Assembly: GCF_006345805.1 (NCBI RefSeq)
Contig: NC_042998.1
Location: 83,824,001 to 83,888,000 of the forward strand
Reading direction: 5' to 3'
Length of the DNA stretch: 64,000 nt
From: Octopus sinensis
Lineage: Eukaryota
This document shows, piece after piece, positions 58,644 to 64,000 of this stretch; positions within the stretch are counted from its first letter, which is position 1, and each line of letters starts with the position of its first letter. A program made the position numbers and the translations under genes. A model generated the notes under the pieces. The model made no database searches. It had not been told where the DNA came from and worked only from the letters and a program-made list of their open reading frames with translations.

Positions 58644-59300
58644 TAGTATTTCTCAACCATTTTTCACCTATGGGCCCCTTCGATTCCTATCTTACTCGGG
58701 TGGCCCCTCATAGCCATTTGATGTTTTAAAATGCTTATATCTTTATACTCTCTCTTTTACTCTTTTACTTGTTTCAGTCATTTGACTGCGGTCATGCTGG
58801 AGCACCGCCTTTAATCGAGCAACTCGACCCCGGGACTTATTCTTTTGTAAGCCCAGTACTTATTCTATCGGTCTCTTTTGCCGAACCGCTATGTAACAGG
58901 GACATAAACACACCAGCATCGGTTGTCAAGCAATGCTAGGGGTACAAACACAGACACACAAACACACACACACGCATATATATATACATATATACGACGG
59001 GCTTCTTTCAGTTTCCGTCTACCAAATCCACTCACAAGGCTTTGGTCGACCCGAGGCTAGAGTAGAAGACACTTGCCCAAGGTGCCACGCAGTGGGACTG
59101 AACCCGGAACCATGTGGTTGGTAAACAAGCCACTCCTGCGCCTTTATAATTAAATATTATTAGGAATTGTATTAAAAATGTTAAAATATTTCTGTATTGT
59201 AGAAGTATAACTACTTTACTCCGCATAAATTTTAACAACAAAATCTTCAAGGGTTATGTGGACTCCCGAGTGTAATATAGACCCCGGTTGATAACCACTA
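58644..59300. mobile_element. hAT/Charlie-like MITE (interrupted by a SINE)
   Basis: Terminal inverted repeats tagtatttctcaacc / ggttgataaccacta resemble CAGTGGTTCTCAACC-type ends. The TSD is not cleanly preserved. Confidence 0.55.
58750..59142 (-). mobile_element. SINE family 1, near full-length, nested in a hAT-like MITE
   Basis: Well-preserved copy: tail ctcttttac repeats, body, B-box-like gggactgaacc, head gccactcctgcgcc, with a short deletion in the head. Confidence 0.88.
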
Positions 59301-60736
59301 ATTTAGAATAAACCGAATCCAAGAAGAGTGGTGATTGTCAGCACCAGCAAAACTGGTATCATTTGAAAAAATAAAACGAGACAGAAAAATAACAGTGAAA
59401 TTGCTGTGGAGAATGAGTCCGGCATTTTGAATAAAGTCCCCCCTTCACGATAAACATATCCCCATGCAAAGAAAATAAAGAAAATAGCAGAATTTTACAT
59501 CTTCAGTGATTGAGAAACTAGCTGCAACTGATGGGGAACGCATGACAACGTGAGCTTGTATATGTAAACAGGAAAGAGGGGAGAGAAAGTGGATGAGAGA
59601 AGGAGAAAGAAAGAGTAATGGAAATGGAAAGAAGAGAAGCGAGTGAATGACAGGTGGAGAAAATTCTATATCTCCCTCTAGCTTATATTAGTACTTTTAT
59701 TTTGTTATCTATGATGCTTATAACTTTATACGTATGTATGTATGTATGTATGTATGTATGTATGTATGTATGTATGTATGTATGTATGGTGATGATCGAG
59801 TCTAGGTTTATATGTCGTCCTTGGAAGGATGTTTCAAGGTATATATTCGAACAAATGGTACAATTCTGGATTGAAAGATCACGGTTGTATGTAGATGACG
59901 TCTACTTAAAGATGGTTAACATGGCATAAAGCGTGGCATCGTCTACGTTGTTAGAAGTAATAATGGGGGGGGGATTTTGAGATACATAATCGGATCTCGA
60001 GATGTACTGAAGCATATACAGATCGTTAATCAAATAAATGCCCTTTGACAGGCAATGTGAAGTGGCGACCTAACAGGAAATGCTCGATCAGATAAAGAGA
60101 CAGGTGAATATAATACACCGGAAATTTAGTTAATAATCAAGTGGTTCGGAAACAGTTGAAGGTTTCCAAAATCGAAGGAAGCAATACTGCTGTCAATGAA
60201 GTTATGAAAACGTGAGAGTCTGCAATTGCAGACATTTTTAATACTGGGTTTTGTAAAAATTGAACTTTCTACGTCGGATTAAAGAAGCAAACCTAATGTG
60301 ATAAATGCCATAGTTGTTCCTACGAATTGTCGTCACCTTTGAGAGGTTTGGTGAATATAGTTCTGACAGGGTTGAGGCGGCTGCCCTTCTTAAGCACGGG
60401 ATACAGAATTACATGTTTTTGATAGACCCAAAGAGAAATGTGTTCAGAAACGATGGGGATTCGTTCGACAGTACATGGGTAGTACTGTTTTCTTTACTGT
60501 TTTTCAGTCATTGGATTACGGCCATGCTAGAATACCGCTTGGTGAATGTTGTCGAATAAATTGACACTAGTACTTATTTTTAGGCCAGGTTCTTATTCTA
60601 TCGTTTTTGTCCAACTGTTAAGTTACGGTACGTAAACAAAGAACATCGTTTGTCACGCTGAGGTGGGGACAAACACTGATACAAAGGCATTCATACATAG
60701 ACACACGCACGCACACAAACATGCTTATATATATAT

Positions 60737-60952
60737 TCTTTTCTACTCTAGGCACAAGGCCCGAAATTTTTGGAGAGGTGGGGCCAGTCGATTACAACGA
60801 CCCCAGTACGCAACTGGTACTTAATTTATTGCCCCCGAAAGGATAAAAAGCAAAGTCGACCACAGTGGAATTTGAACTCAGAACGTTAAGACAGACGAAA
60901 TATCGCTAAGCATCTCGCCGGCGTGCTAACGTTTCTGGTAGCCCGCTGCCTT
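60737..60952 (-). mobile_element. SINE family 2
   Basis: Reverse complement of the 11584-11798 unit. Confidence 0.8.
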
Positions 60953-61030
60953 TAATCTTCTAAATATATTACCGCTCTAATAGTTTAGAGCGTGCTTCTT
61001 TGTCGGAAATAAGAACTAGTGACTATATGT

Positions 61031-61089
<59 letters not shown>

Positions 61090-61289
61090 GGTGAATGAAT
61101 TATCCTATGTTTAACGTCAACATGGAAAATTCGATGAACCGATACCAAGGTAGCAAATTCACGTCAGAAACACGGTTGAAGCGACCTATCCAAAGGTAGA
61201 AACTCCGAGTTCATGTGCAGAAATTTGTGTGTTATATATGAATAAATAAATAAATGGAGTTGAACGAAGATGTTAATAAAATTCCTTTA

Positions 61290-61368
61290 CTTTCGACATA
61301 TGTTTCGAAGACAACATGGTTTTATTCCAAAGGAATAAACGGTGTAAGATGCAATCTTATCAGGAAAG
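61290..61368 (-). ncRNA. Hammerhead-like motif (G8 to A change) at the end of a degraded Penelope-like element
   Basis: CTTTC-CTGATAA-[long stem including gtttattcc/ggaataaaac]-GAA-ACATATGT-C|GAAAG, with a 5-bp stem I. Confidence 0.5.
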
Positions 61369-61902
61369 AAAGGGAGCCTCTCTCAACAACAAGACAATAA
61401 TAATTACGATGACTGCCTACATGATAAACAAAACGTTAATAAGTGTTTTAAAAAAAACCGTTAGTAGAATTGACGTCAAAGTTAGATAGTAGGAAGAGAA
61501 GGGTTAAAGGAATACTAAATAGGGAACAAATAGAGAAGGAGAGGTACGTTGATTAAAAGAATGTTCAAAGGCTTCGGAAAGGATTTCTCTATTGAAGTGA
61601 AGTGCACGTTAAACTAATTGTTCAAACTATAATGACTATCGAAATCATTTATATGTGTAAAATGTATGTTTCTCCCAGTGTTTACATTTGTACGATTTCT
61701 CTATAAGTGTGTTTACAAGGGGATCCTTAGAGAAGAGAATATGGAAGAGTTCAGAGTTGCAAATGTTACAAAATTACCTGCCCTTATCAAAAGGAAAGGA
61801 TACAGACAGTATGAACCAATCTAACTTAAAATCTATATTGTTGTCTTTAAGACGCCAAACTAATTTACTTAGCCCTGTACAATGTCGTTTTTTATGTCAT
61901 TT

Positions 61903-61942
<40 letters not shown>

Positions 61943-62554
61943 GAATGGCTCCGACACTATTTCTGTCTTCAAATTCACACAGAGTACATTAATCGACCCC
62001 GGTTTTAATAAGTGATAAGATTATGTGGCATTGCATTGTTATGATGTTGATCAGATAGTCATAACATAATAGAGATTGTATTTGGTAGGTAGATGTTGGG
62101 ATTTTGTCGTTAGATCTATTTACGTAAGCAGAATACGAGTAAATGAGGGTAATAAATATAACCGACATATACAGATGATGATTCAGCCTCTACAATTAAC
62201 AGTTTTGGAGACCAAAAGAAGGTGATGATAGAGGAGTTCGGAAAGCGGCGGTATGGATATTAACTAAACTTGGAGAAAGTGAGATTTTAAACCAGATCAC
62301 TGGAGTTCCGCGTTACTGATAAACAGATGAGAGGAGTAAATGATGGGTAGGGCAAAACAGATTCTTTGTAGAAGCAGACACTATATTTTAAGAATAAGTT
62401 GCTATATGGTTTATAATCTGGAGAGAAGAGATAGAATGTAAATACCACGTGAAGGATTTACCTCAAGAAAATCGGACTTCTCTGCCAATAGAAGGGTAAG
62501 TTAGGCTATACCTGAACCAGCATCCATGAATGTTGACATAGAAAACGAAGATAA

Positions 62555-62627
<73 letters not shown>

Positions 62628-62665
62628 CACCGAAACAGACACAGACAGACAGACAGAAAGACAGG

Positions 62666-62738
<73 letters not shown>

Positions 62739-63590
62739 GATAGATAAATAGACAGAAAGACAGAGACAGAAAGACACAGACAAGCAGACAGACACGGGCA
62801 GACAGACAGACAGACAGACAGATAAGTATAACAAAAAGCTAATGCAAATAAGAAAAAGCAACAAAAGTACTAAAGAGGTTCACAGATGGAGTAAAGATTA
62901 TTTGCCAACATAACATGGCAGTCCTGCTTCGGGACAAATGTTGCTGTAATTTTAGCCCCAGGAGGCATGTCTCCAGCTGGCTGTACAACACGATCTGTGT
63001 CCTTATATTTTCGAACTAGAGATCTAGAAACCCCACTCAGCTCAAAGCAATATCTGTGTATCGCGATTTCCGGGTTATTTCTCTTCACAGACTGCTGCTG
63101 GACATCAGTCACTGAGGAACCATTAGCAGGGTGAAATCAGGTGATCTCGTGGTTCCGACGTCCGTATTTACGAGTGCTTTCATGCACCACAAGTCCACAA
63201 GACCTTATGACAGATCCTCTCAAGATAAATAACGCACTTACGCTGGAGATTAATACTGCTTTGGTATCAATACTGCTTCTGTCGCTGAGTGAGTGGACAA
63301 ACGTAAGAAAGTAGCATTCACTACTTTTTGTAGGAGTTACATATAATTTTAATAAAGGTTTGACTCAACTGCACATCACTTAAAGTTTCAGGGACACGTG
63401 GACCACGTCCATCTCATCAGATAATAGCAGAGGAGTGGATATTTTGAGAGAAACTAAAAGTGGCTTTTATGTATGTTTAGGCCTCTGTTAGTCGTCTCAT
63501 TATTACTGTGCCTGAACTGAGAGTTTTGAACTCAAAACTCCTACTCCGAGGCAAACAGTTACATATATATATGTGTGTGTGTGTGTGTGT

Positions 63591-63640
<50 letters not shown>

Positions 63641-63867
63641 TGTGTGTGTCTTTTACTCGTTTCAGTCATTAGACTGCGTCCATGCTGGATCACGACCTTG
63701 AAGAGCTGTCAGTTGAATGAATAGACCTCAGTACTTATTTTTTTTTAGGCCAGGTACCTATTCTATCCATTATTTTAGCCGATCCGTTAAGTTACAAACC
63801 AACACCGGTTGTCAAGCAGTGGTGGGGGACTAATACACATTCATATATATATATATTTTATATATAA

Positions 63868-63923
<56 letters not shown>

Positions 63924-64000
63924 GTGTCAGGTAGGGCTGAGTAAGTGCTATGGACAGACCATAGTTAAGCTCCAGGTTCGGTGATTATCCGAATAAGGAA

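Overview
AT-rich, microsatellite-saturated animal genomic DNA. The repeat complement (tRNA/CORE-type and Meta-domain SINEs, (TA)n/(TACA)n/(GATA)n runs) suggests a coleoid cephalopod, probably Octopus; this is an inference. The window lies inside one minus-strand gene, a synaptotagmin resembling the invertebrate Syt-beta type. Three coding exons (55172-55007, 26394-26257, 13443-13130) splice in frame into a Ser-rich linker plus the first C2 domain, separated by introns of about 28.6 kb and 12.8 kb. The introns hold mobile DNA: SINEs, an R4/Dong-like LINE remnant, RTE, mariner and Chapaev3-like remnants, a Helitron, MITEs and two local tandem duplications. Two things stand out. (1) A ~2 kb retroelement encodes only an ORF1/gag-like CCHC protein with no RT or endonuclease. 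Two divergent full-length copies sit at the same position and orientation inside the tRNA-like head of the same SINE family, each with a 15-16 bp target-site duplication, and a third fragment also abuts that SINE. It appears to be a SINE-targeting, site-specific, non-autonomous element. (2) Several unrelated fold-back mini-elements carry minimal type-I hammerhead ribozyme motifs, including compensatory 3-8 core variants and one fully canonical hammerhead. Most ORFs in the supplied track are microsatellite artefacts.
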